From Isosphaeraceae bacterium (GTDB lineage Bacteria > Planctomycetota > Planctomycetia > Isosphaerales > Isosphaeraceae), in NCBI GenBank assembly GCA_039936275.1, contig JBDTIR010000783.1, positions 1 to 28,325 on the forward strand: a stretch of 28,325 nt of DNA, in the 5' to 3' direction. The notes under the pieces were generated by a model. That model was not told the DNA's origin. It saw only the letters and a list, made by a program, of their open reading frames with translations, and did not search any database. A program made the position numbers and the translations under genes. Below are positions 18,246 to 27,147 of this stretch, piece after piece. The stretch's first letter is position 1. Each line of letters begins with the position of its first letter.

Positions 18246-18261
18246 CGGCGCGAACCACTCT

Positions 18262-18291
18262 CTGCCATACCCTCTTCGCGACCATTACAAT
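18262..18291 (+). promoter_or_regulatory. Putative sigma70 promoter of the Hsp70 operon
   Basis: CTGCCA, 18-nt spacer, TACAAT. Confidence 0.4.
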
Positions 18292-18341
18292 AGAATGTCG
18301 GTTCGAGTGAATAACCGGATCGGGACGGTGGCAAGAGGTCT

Positions 18342-18356
18342 GTCCGCCGCGCGGAC
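18342..18356. promoter_or_regulatory. Palindrome GTCCG-N5-CGGAC, copy 1
   Basis: GTCCG CCGCG CGGAC, 47 nt before the Hsp70 start; same arms as the copy at 23163. Confidence 0.35.
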
Positions 18357-18403
18357 GTTCCCCCCACTTTTTTTTCGAAGACGATCGAAAGGGAGCCCAA
18401 GTC

Positions 18404-20071
18404 GTGAGCGACGGCCTGAAGCGCATTTTCGGGATCGACCTGGGGACGACCTATTCGGCGATCGCCTACGTCGATGAACACGGCAAGCCGGTCATCGTCC
18501 CCAACCAGGAAAGCGAGCGGATCACCCCCAGCGTGGTCCTTTTCGACGGCGACAACGTGATCGTCGGCAACACGGCCAAGGAGTCGGCGAAGGTCGAGCC
18601 CGACCGCGTCGTCGGCCGGGTCAAGCAACACATGGGCGACCCGCACTTTGTCTTCGAGCACGACGGCCAGGCGTACAGCCCGGAAGACGTCAGCTCATTC
18701 ATCCTCCGCAAGGTCGTCAGCGACGCCGAGGTCGCGCTCGGCGGCGACCCGATCACCGACGTCGTCATCACCTGCCCGGCTTACTTCGGCACCGACGAAC
18801 GCGAAGCCACCGCCAACGCCGGACGCCTGGCCGGCCTGAACGTGCGCGCCATCCTCAATGAGCCGACCGCCGCCGCGATCGCCTATGGCCTGGAACAGGC
18901 TGACGATCAGACCGTCCTGGTCTACGACCTGGGCGGCGGCACGTTTGACATTACGATGATCGAAATCAAAGACCGCTTGATTCGAGTCATTTGTACAGGC
19001 GGCGACCACCGACTCGGCGGCGCGCTCTGGGACGAGGCGATCGTCATGTACCTCGCCGACCAGTTCCGCCAGCAAACCGGCGTCGAAGCCGACCCGATGG
19101 ACGACCCCGAAGTCCTCAACGACCTGTTCCTCCAGGCCGAACGCGGCAAGAAAACCCTCACCCAGCGCGACAAGGCCCCCTTCCGCGTCACCCACGCCGG
19201 ACAGCAAGCCAGGGTCGAGCTCGACCGGATCAAGTTCGAGGAAATTACTCGACACCTGCTCGACCGCACCATTGAACTGACCCGCGACATGCTCAACGAC
19301 GCCAAGGCGAAAGGGGCCGAACGGTTCGACAAGATCATCCTCGTCGGCGGTGCGACCCGCATGCCCCAGGTCCGCGATCGGCTCGTTAATGACTTCCGTA
19401 TTGAGCCCGAAGTCTACGACCCCGATGAAGCGGTGGCCAAAGGGGCCGCGCTCTTCGGCCTCAAGGAAGCGCTTCAGGATCAGGTCCGAGAGATCATCGC
19501 GCCCAACCATCCTGAGGGCGACGCCGACCACGACGAGATTGACCTGGCGGCCATCAGTGAGGCCGAAATCAGCGAAGCGCTCGACCGGATCGAGCAGACG
19601 ACCGGGTTCACCCTCACCGGTCCTGTGCGCGAGCTGGTCAGTACCCAGATCGTCAACGTGCTCTCAAAAAGCCTCGGCGTCGTGGCGAGGAACGAAGAGG
19701 GCAAGGACGTCGTCGTTTACCTCTTGCCCCGCAACAGCGAGGTGCCGATGGAGCAAACGGCCGACTTCGGCACCGACCAACCCAACCAGGAAGGGGTCGA
19801 GATCCAGGTCATGGCCGGTGAGCGCGACAGCCCAGACCCACTCGACTGCAAGGACGTCGGCACCGCGACGCTCAACCTGCCCCCGGCCTTGCCCGCGCGA
19901 AGCCCGGTGCGCGTGACCTTCGCCATCAGTCGCGACGGCCGCCTCGACGTCTCGGCCGTGGACCTGACCGGCGGCGGCTCGATCCACGTCGAGTTCGAGA
20001 CCGAGGCCGTGATGCGCGCCGACGAGGTCGCCGAACGCTCGACGGCCCTGCGCCTCTTGAACGTGTCTTGA
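18404..20071 (+). CDS. Atypical Hsp70-family protein (555 aa, no helical lid, long linker insertion)
   Basis: [40 protein letters not shown]; SBD-beta-like C-terminus ends shortly after the last strand. Confidence 0.93.
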   Translation: MSDGLKRIFGIDLGTTYSAIAYVDEHGKPVIVPNQESERITPSVVLFDGDNVIVGNTAKESAKVEPDRVVGRVKQHMGDPHFVFEHDGQAYSPEDVSSFILRKVVSDAEVALGGDPITDVVITCPAYFGTDEREATANAGRLAGLNVRAILNEPTAAAIAYGLEQADDQTVLVYDLGGGTFDITMIEIKDRLIRVICTGGDHRLGGALWDEAIVMYLADQFRQQTGVEADPMDDPEVLNDLFLQAERGKKTLTQRDKAPFRVTHAGQQARVELDRIKFEEITRHLLDRTIELTRDMLNDAKAKGAERFDKIILVGGATRMPQVRDRLVNDFRIEPEVYDPDEAVAKGAALFGLKEALQDQVREIIAPNHPEGDADHDEIDLAAISEAEISEALDRIEQTTGFTLTGPVRELVSTQIVNVLSKSLGVVARNEEGKDVVVYLLPRNSEVPMEQTADFGTDQPNQEGVEIQVMAGERDSPDPLDCKDVGTATLNLPPALPARSPVRVTFAISRDGRLDVSAVDLTGGGSIHVEFETEAVMRADEVAERSTALRLLNVS

Positions 20072-20081
20072 GGAATCATTC

Positions 20082-20753
20082 ATGAGCACTGCAATCGGAT
20101 TCCCGGTCAAGCCGGCCGAAGGCGAGCGCCGGTTCGTGCTTCAAGGCGTCGGCTGGGACGGCTACCAGGCGCTCCTGGCCCTCGTCGCGGACCAAGGGGT
20201 CCGTCTGACCTACGACCGGGGGAAGATCGAACTCATGTCGCCACTTTGGATTCACGAGCGATACAAGAAACTTTTCGCGTATATCATTGAGGCAATCACC
20301 GATGAACTTGATCTACCCAGGGTTGCCGCCGGCGCGTCAACGTTTAACAGCCAGGCGCTAGACCGTGGACTGGAGCCCGACGAATGTTATTACCTCGCGA
20401 GCGCCGCGATGCTCCGGCAGACCGATCGGATCGATTTGGCAATCGATCCACCGCCGGACCTGGCCATTGAAATCGAAATCACTCGAAGCGCCCTTGATCG
20501 CCCGGGCATCGATGCGGCCCTGGAGGTCCCCGAAGTCTGGAGATATAACGGTGAGTCGATTCGCGTTCTGCTCCTCGGACCGGATCGAACCTACGCCCTC
20601 TCTGAGACCAGCCGGGCGTTTCCATTCTTGCCGATGGCGGAGATCGAGCGGTTCTTGCATGACCACGACCCGAACAATGATACCCGCTGGGGCCGGGCCT
20701 TCCGCGCCTGGCTCCGCAGGGAGATCGTGCCAAGAGTGAGGGGCGAACGTTGA
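20082..20753 (+). CDS. Uma2-family (DUF820) PD-(D/E)xK endonuclease-like protein, possibly degenerate
   Basis: RLTYDRGKIELMSP...LEPDECYY...PPDLAIEIE...VPEVWRY. Confidence 0.9.
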   Translation: MSTAIGFPVKPAEGERRFVLQGVGWDGYQALLALVADQGVRLTYDRGKIELMSPLWIHERYKKLFAYIIEAITDELDLPRVAAGASTFNSQALDRGLEPDECYYLASAAMLRQTDRIDLAIDPPPDLAIEIEITRSALDRPGIDAALEVPEVWRYNGESIRVLLLGPDRTYALSETSRAFPFLPMAEIERFLHDHDPNNDTRWGRAFRAWLRREIVPRVRGER

Positions 20754-20820
20754 ACCAAGGCAATCTGATTGACCTTGAGCCAGCCTCCAGAACGGGGCGA
20801 CGGCCTGAGAGGACCTGCCG

Positions 20821-23149
20821 ATGAGAATTCGCAAAGGCGTGACGCTCGCTCTCTGGCTCACGTTGGCGCTCGTGGTTGGTGGAACCCTCTTCATTCGATT
20901 AAGAGGGCGGTTACAGCTAGAAACCACCAAGAGCCGATGGTCGAGCGGCCTGGCGAACCTGCACACTCCGAACAAGAACGCTCGGCTAGCCGCGGCGCGG
21001 CAGTTGAACGCCCTGGTCCGGAAGCAGCGAAACGCCATACCCGGGTGGACCTCCTTCGATCCGACGACCCGGGCCGATTTCCAGTACATGGTCGGACTCG
21101 TCGCTGATCCCCTGGTCGACCCGACGACCCGGGAAATCCTGGCCGAGGTTGCCGCGAACCAAGAGTTCAGAGAACTGCCCGAAGAGGTGATGTTCCCCTT
21201 AACATCGGTCCTCATTGATGAGTCGGAGCCAACCCGCTTACGTTGCGCCATCGCTCGCCACGCCGTGCCCGCCGCCCAGAGAGAACCGTTTCGAGATGCG
21301 GTCCTCGCCACCTTGTCAAGCAAGGATGACGCGGTGCGCCATCTGGCGTATCTGACGCTTGCATCACTGCCAATCGATGCGGAAACCCTCGCGCCGCTCC
21401 TGAACCATGGTCTGAGCGACCCCGTTCCCTCAATCCGATTCCAGGCCGCCCAACAGGCTCAAAGTCTGGCGAACCGGGGAGACCGAACCGCCGTTGGGCT
21501 CCTGCTGCGCGCCGCGAAGGACCAGGACGAGAGCGTGCAAAAAATCGCAAGGAGCGCGATCGAACACCTCGGCCCCGTGCCGGCCGAGACCGCCCCCGAC
21601 CTGATCGCGGCCCTCGACGACGCCGGCCCCAGGCTGCGGATCGCCCTGGCGTCCGGACTACTCCAAACGACTGGGCAGGTCGATCTCTATGCTCCGATCT
21701 TGATTGACGGCCTGCGATCAAACGACCTGGAGACCTGGCAGACCGCGTCCATGACGCTCTGGAGAATCGGTCGCCACCCTGAAATGCAGTCGCGAATCCT
21801 TCAAGACTTGACCATCCATGCTGGGCAAGTCCGACGACCAGTTCCGCGACCGGGCCGGACTGACCTTGGCGATGGCGGCCGGAGACTCCGACGCTTACAA
21901 GCCCTACATCGCCAACGGGCTTCGCTCGAACGACCAGGACTTGAGGTCCTGGGCCTTGATGGCGGCGTCCATGACCCAGATGCGAACGCAGTCGGGCCCA
22001 CAAACAGGCCCGACACGTCTGATCGTGCAACGCGGCCTGGTCCTCATCGCCGTGATCTCTGCGCTCGCCATGATCGGTCTCTTCATCCAACTCGCACTCT
22101 CGGCCACGAGGACAAAGACTCGACCGTCCGCCCCCGACCCTGCTCCTGCCCCCACCCCCAAGCGGATCTTTGTCTTGAACTATCCCCGACGCATCCAGCT
22201 CCGGCCGATCGCCGAGCCGACCTGGACCGACCCGACGGCGATCGCCGAGCAGGTCGAAGCGCTCCAGGGGCTCAACTTCTCCGACGTCGGCCCGTTCGAA
22301 ATCGCCGATTTACCGGGGGTCCGACTTTGGGGACTGGTCAACCCGACCAGGGCGATCACCGCGGCCGTTCAAGATCACCCTGAATGGGGAATCTTCCTTG
22401 TCTTGAAGACCGTCTATCAGGACGGAACAACGTATCGCCAGACCAGCACTCACCGCCTCGACCGCCCCGACCAGCGACCGGGGCACGAGTTCGTTTATGT
22501 CGAAGCGACCGACATTCCTGCACGTCTTGCCCGGTTCCTCGCCGAGCGGCCCGATCGGCCGATGCGGCCGGTCGCTTTGAATGAGTTCGCAGCGGACTTC
22601 GAGCGCGACCACGCCGACACCGTTGATTGGCGGTTCGCCCGGGGGACCATGACCGATCGGGAAATCCGCGATCTGAATCAGGTGAAAGGAAACGAAGTCA
22701 CCAATGCGCAGGTCGCCGAACTTCGCCACAAACTTATCCAGAAAGGGAACAGCGAACTCGATAAGAGCCTCCGCGAACGGTTCCTTGACAGTCGCCGATT
22801 AACCGGCGAGGAGCGAGCGAAACTCGGCCCGTCCCTGGTCATCGTCCACGACGCCTTACCGGTTGTTTGGGTCTGGGAATGGTTCCCAACGCTGATCGAT
22901 GACGAATTCCACGCCGAGAACCGGGTCAAGGAGTCGGCCCTTTATGACGAATCGCTCGATGGCGAATCCGCGCCCGACCAAGCTCCATCGTGGCAAACCT
23001 TGCCGCCTCGTCTGTCCTTCGTCGCGCTCAATGAACGGTTAGGCCCGGAAGCCCGCTTCGAGAAACTCGGCGCGCTGGACTGGCCGATCGAGGCCGACGT
23101 CTACATGCCACAGGCGGAATTGGCATCGGTTGAGCACGACGTGACATGA
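20821..23149 (+). pseudogene. Membrane-anchored HEAT-repeat protein with an unknown C-terminal domain, split by a 4-bp CCAT duplication at 21812-21819
   Basis: ORF 20821- carries a TM and HEAT repeats (GLSDPVPSIRFQAA, AAKDQDESVQKIA, GLRSNDLETW). ORF 21818- continues the same repeat type (LGKSDDQFRDRA, GLRSNDQDLR), then a second TM. Removing one CCAT restores ...LTMLGKSDD. Confidence 0.7.
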
Positions 23150-23162
23150 TGGCGCGAACGAC

Positions 23163-23177
23163 GTCCGGGGGTCGGAC
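23163..23177. promoter_or_regulatory. Palindrome GTCCG-N5-CGGAC, copy 2
   Basis: GTCCG GGGGT CGGAC, 29 nt before antitoxin 1. Confidence 0.35.
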
Positions 23178-23206
23178 CGCTTCAAATTCAGGATCGGTGC
23201 GGAACA

Positions 23207-23485
23207 ATGGATACGATGAAGAACGAGGAGGCCACGGCGACGGTTCGGTTCGATGGCGAGACGCTTCATCCATTGACACCGCTCGATCTGGTCCCCGATG
23301 CAATTTACGAAATCACGATCAAGGCGCGACACAAACCGGAATCGGAAGGCACTCTCTGGGAATTGCTCGAGGAATTGGCGGGCACGGTGGACGGACCAAG
23401 CGATTGGACCACGGAGCATGACCACGACTTCCACGGCACTCCCAAACGAGAACAAGGCCCCGACGCAATCATCAAAAGGGGGTAA
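23207..23485 (+). CDS. Antitoxin-like protein 1 (AF2212/DUF104-like)
   Basis: VRFDGETLHPLTPLDL N-terminus and GPSDWTTEHDHDFHGTPK C-terminus; colinear with antitoxin 2. Confidence 0.75.
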   Translation: MDTMKNEEATATVRFDGETLHPLTPLDLVPDAIYEITIKARHKPESEGTLWELLEELAGTVDGPSDWTTEHDHDFHGTPKREQGPDAIIKRG

Positions 23486-23490
23486 TCATC

Positions 23491-23736
23491 ATGAATAAAA
23501 CGTTAACAGTCATCTTCGATGGTGAGGTCTTCCGGCCCCGGGAACCTGTGAATTTGACGCCCAACTCGCAGTGTGTCATCGTAATCCAATCCGTGGCCGC
23601 TCCGACCAAGTCGGCGAACGCCTGGGACGTCCTGGACAAGTATACCGGGTCGATTGAGGGGCCGGGCGATTGGTCCGCCGAACACGACCATTATCTGTAT
23701 GGGACCCCGAAACGGTCCTCGGAGGGGCCGGTGTGA
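23491..23736 (+). CDS. Antitoxin-like protein 2 (AF2212/DUF104-like), cognate of VapC
   Basis: VIFDGEVFRPREPVNL and GPGDWSAEHDHYLYGTPK; GTGA overlap with the toxin start. Confidence 0.82.
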   Translation: MNKTLTVIFDGEVFRPREPVNLTPNSQCVIVIQSVAAPTKSANAWDVLDKYTGSIEGPGDWSAEHDHYLYGTPKRSSEGPV

Positions 23737-24149
23737 GCGGGGGACGCTTGTTCTTGGACACCGCGTTTGTGCAAGCCTTGCTCGATCGCCGCGACCAGTA
23801 TCATGCCAGGGCGCAAGCCATACGGCCACGTCTGGATTCGGCGATCGAAATTTGGATCACGGAGGCGTTGCTGATCGAGATTGGCAACGCTCTGAGCGTC
23901 TTGAACCGCTCGGCCGCCTCGGAATTTATCGAAATGTGTTATGAAACAACGAATATATCCGTCGTCCAGGTCGATACGGCCCTGCTCATACGATCGCTTC
24001 AACTCTATCAATCACGTCTCGACAAGACCTGGGGCCTGACCGATTGTATTTCGTTCGTGATGATGCGCGAGCACGGCCTGACCGAGGCCCTGACTTCCGA
24101 TTCGCATTTTGTTCAGGCGGGATTCCGGGCCTTGATGCTGGAGGAATAG
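23733..24149 (+). CDS. vapC: VapC-type PIN-domain ribonuclease toxin
   Basis: [37 protein letters not shown] carry the acidic PIN catalytic residues; GTG start overlaps the antitoxin stop. Confidence 0.92.
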   Translation: MSGGRLFLDTAFVQALLDRRDQYHARAQAIRPRLDSAIEIWITEALLIEIGNALSVLNRSAASEFIEMCYETTNISVVQVDTALLIRSLQLYQSRLDKTWGLTDCISFVMMREHGLTEALTSDSHFVQAGFRALMLEE

Positions 24150-24153
24150 AGGT

Positions 24154-26214
24154 ATGTCCAGGTTCGTCGGGATTGATCTGGGAACGACCAACTCGGTCGT
24201 GGCGTCGCGCAACGCCTACGGTCGGCCCGAGGTCATCCCGAACCGGGACGGGCAGAACGTCACGCCTTCGGTCATTTATTTCGGCACCGAACCCCCCGCG
24301 ATCGGCCAGGAGGCGAAGGAATGGGCGCGGTTGGGCAACGAGGAGGTCGCCAGTTTTTTCAAGCCGCACATGGGCAGTCCGCTTTACCGGCTTCAATTCC
24401 ACGGCCGCGATTATGACGCCACCGGCCTTTCCGCGATGATCCTCGCCAGGCTCAAGGAGGACGCCGAAACCAAGCTGGGCGGGCCAGTCACACAAGCCGT
24501 CATCACTGTGCCGGCCTATTTCGCCGACGCTCAGCGCAAGGCCACCATCGACGCCGGCCGTCTGGCAGGTCTCGACGTCTTGAGGATCATCAATGAGCCG
24601 ACCGCAGCCGCGTTGGCCTACGGACTCCAGCAATCCGGCGTGACCGAGACCGTCTTGATCTACGACCTCGGCGGCGGCACGTTTGACGTCACCGTCGCCA
24701 GGATCAATCCCGACGAGGTCGCCGTGCTCGCCACGGCAGGCGATCACGACCTGGGCGGCAAGAACTGGGACGACCGGATCGCCACCTTCCTCGCCGAGAA
24801 GTTCGCCGCCGAGACCGGCATTGATCCACTTGACGACCCGATCGCGCTTCACGAGGTCCTCGTCCGAAGCGAGCAGGCGAAATGGACCCTCTCGGAACGG
24901 AGTTCAGCCCGCGTCACCTTGCAGCTTGGCACCGAGCGTCGAGGATATGAGTTGACCCGCAACGAGTTTGAAGGGATGACCTTCCCTTTGATGGACCGCA
25001 CCCGCAGACTCACCGAGGAGGCCCTTGAGGAAGCGTCCCTGTCCTGGAAGGACCTTGCCGGCGTCTTGCTGGTGGGCGGATCGACACGGATGCCGATGGT
25101 CCGTCAGTACGTCACCCAGATGGCTGGCCAACCCCCAAGGGCCGGCGTGAACGTGGATGAAGTGGTCGCCCTGGGCGCGGCGATTCAGGCGGCGATGGTG
25201 ACTGGGGAGGTGTTGGGAGACGCCCGCCCCGCGTTCACGCTCGTCGGCGCTCGGCGGATCAAGGACGTGATGTCGCACAGCCTGGGCGCCGTCGCCGTCA
25301 GCCCTGACGGCACGCGCTATGTCAATGACATCGTGATCCGACGCAACCAGGCGATCCCGGCCGAGAACACGACCACATACCTGCACGCCACCCACGGCGG
25401 GGCCAACGACCGGCTCGAAGTTTACTTGACCCAGGGGGAAAGCCCCCAGCCGCTCGATTGCTCAATCTTGGGAAAATACGTCTTCAACGGCATTCAAGCC
25501 ACTGATGCCGACGTGATGATCGACTTGTCGATGTCCTACGACGTCAACGGCGTCGTCCAGGTCCAGGCCGTTCAGCGCGACACGCTCAAGACCTTGCCGA
25601 TGACCGTCGAACCAGTGCCCGACGATCTGTCATGGCTCGGCCTGCCACCGCAATCCTCAACGACCGAAGGCCCGCGCGAGCCGATCCGGGTTTACCTCTT
25701 GATCGACGGCTCATCGAGCATGGCCGGCCCTCCGCTCGACGAGGCGCAAGCCGCCGCTCGCGCTTTTCTGGAAACCTGCGACTTCACCTCGACCGAGGTC
25801 GGCCTGATTTCCTTTTCCGACGAGGTCACGCTTCAGGCCGAGGCGACCGACAACGCCCGCCGAGTGCTGGCCGCCATCGTCAGGCTCACCGCCGACGGCA
25901 CGACCAACCTGGCCGACGCCCTCATCTTGGCCAGGGAAAAGCTGGCCGAGGCCGATCGCGCCCGTTACATTGTCTTGTTGACCGACGGCTACCCGGACGC
26001 CACCGAGGCCGCCGTCTGGGAAGCGGCGCTCTGCCGAGAGAACGGCATCCAGATCGTCGCCATCGGCATCGGCGACGCCGACCGAGACTACCTCAGACGC
26101 CTGGCAAGCACCGAAGCCGGGTCGATCTTTACCAGACAAGGCGAACTGGTCCAGACCTTCGGCCACATCGCCCGCGTCATCGCGCAAGGCGGTAAGGCGT
26201 TACGGATTCAATAA
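24154..26214 (+). CDS. Hsp70 (NBD + SBD-beta) fused to a C-terminal VWA domain
   Basis: [40 protein letters not shown], then VWA with MIDAS DGSSS, GTTN and LLTDG, and VAIGIG. Confidence 0.93.
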   Translation: MSRFVGIDLGTTNSVVASRNAYGRPEVIPNRDGQNVTPSVIYFGTEPPAIGQEAKEWARLGNEEVASFFKPHMGSPLYRLQFHGRDYDATGLSAMILARLKEDAETKLGGPVTQAVITVPAYFADAQRKATIDAGRLAGLDVLRIINEPTAAALAYGLQQSGVTETVLIYDLGGGTFDVTVARINPDEVAVLATAGDHDLGGKNWDDRIATFLAEKFAAETGIDPLDDPIALHEVLVRSEQAKWTLSERSSARVTLQLGTERRGYELTRNEFEGMTFPLMDRTRRLTEEALEEASLSWKDLAGVLLVGGSTRMPMVRQYVTQMAGQPPRAGVNVDEVVALGAAIQAAMVTGEVLGDARPAFTLVGARRIKDVMSHSLGAVAVSPDGTRYVNDIVIRRNQAIPAENTTTYLHATHGGANDRLEVYLTQGESPQPLDCSILGKYVFNGIQATDADVMIDLSMSYDVNGVVQVQAVQRDTLKTLPMTVEPVPDDLSWLGLPPQSSTTEGPREPIRVYLLIDGSSSMAGPPLDEAQAAARAFLETCDFTSTEVGLISFSDEVTLQAEATDNARRVLAAIVRLTADGTTNLADALILAREKLAEADRARYIVLLTDGYPDATEAAVWEAALCRENGIQIVAIGIGDADRDYLRRLASTEAGSIFTRQGELVQTFGHIARVIAQGGKALRIQ

Positions 26215-27120
26215 ATGAACCGTCCAGAGCGCGGAGAGGACGCTAAATTGAAACAGAAACCGATCTCAATTCGTTATCAGAACCTGAGACATGCCTATGG
26301 AATGGCGCTGTCGAGTGCGTTCGGGGCGGTCTGCGGCCTCTATTTGTATGTCGAGCTGGTGAAGGTCAATAATCTCTGGGTCAGGGACGCGGCGGCGGGG
26401 GCCTTGATCGGCGGCTCGATCGGCTTCGTGGTCAATGCGGCTGGCCCGTTTCGCGACGGCGCCTGGCTGAAGCTGGCGAGGGCCGCCACCTGGGGGACCT
26501 TGGCCGGCTCGGCTGGCGGGGCGATCGGGCTCCTGATCGGTGAAGGCGTGCTGGGCGGTTTGAAAGGGGGGACGCTCGGGCGGGCCGTCTCGTGGGCGAT
26601 CCTCGGCCTTGGGATCGGTGCCAGCCAGGGAATTGCCGACCGTTCGATGCAGCGGCTCACGTTCGGCCTGATCGGCGGAGGGCTCGGCGGGTTCCTCGGC
26701 GGGTTCCTGTTCGAGCAGTTGCGCGACCGCCTGGGGAACCGCTATGACGTCAGCCAAGGGGTCGGCATGGTGGTTCTGGGCCTGGGGCTTGGGCTCTGTC
26801 TCGCGTTGGTGGAACAGGCCTTGCGCCGGGCCTGGGTCGTCGTGCTCCAAGGGCGTCAGGAAGGCCGCGCCTACTTGCTGGCCAGGAGGGTCTCCGCCTT
26901 GGGGCTCGATGAGCGCGCCGAGGTCGGACTCTTTGGCGACCCGACCATCGCTCGACGCCACGCCGAGATTGAACAAGCAGGCCCTGGCTACGTTCTGCAC
27001 AATCACGACGCCCAAGGGCGGACTCGCGTCAACGGCGAACTCTTGACCGGCCCGCAACCCTTGCGCGACGGCGACAGGATCGAGCTCGGACAGACCTTGC
27101 TGGTCTTCCGACAGCGCTAG
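26215..27120 (+). CDS. Gly-rich multi-TM membrane protein with a C-terminal degenerate FHA domain
   Basis: About six GxxxG-rich helices, then ARRHAEI...TRVNG...LRDGDRIELG (FHA fold). TAAATG junction with the Hsp70-VWA gene. Confidence 0.85.
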   Translation: MNRPERGEDAKLKQKPISIRYQNLRHAYGMALSSAFGAVCGLYLYVELVKVNNLWVRDAAAGALIGGSIGFVVNAAGPFRDGAWLKLARAATWGTLAGSAGGAIGLLIGEGVLGGLKGGTLGRAVSWAILGLGIGASQGIADRSMQRLTFGLIGGGLGGFLGGFLFEQLRDRLGNRYDVSQGVGMVVLGLGLGLCLALVEQALRRAWVVVLQGRQEGRAYLLARRVSALGLDERAEVGLFGDPTIARRHAEIEQAGPGYVLHNHDAQGRTRVNGELLTGPQPLRDGDRIELGQTLLVFRQR

Positions 27121-27147
27121 CGCAGCCCCAAAGAGGAGTTCCCCTGG

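Noticed and set aside
21055-21135. Direct repeat CCGACGACCCGGG twice, 60 bp apart
   Set aside because: Only two copies, in frame, encoding DPTTR within a repeat protein; not a CRISPR array or mobile-element end.
18404-26214. Calling either Hsp70 dnaK
   Set aside because: Both lack the lid and the VLLL linker, one is fused to VWA, and no dnaJ or grpE is nearby.
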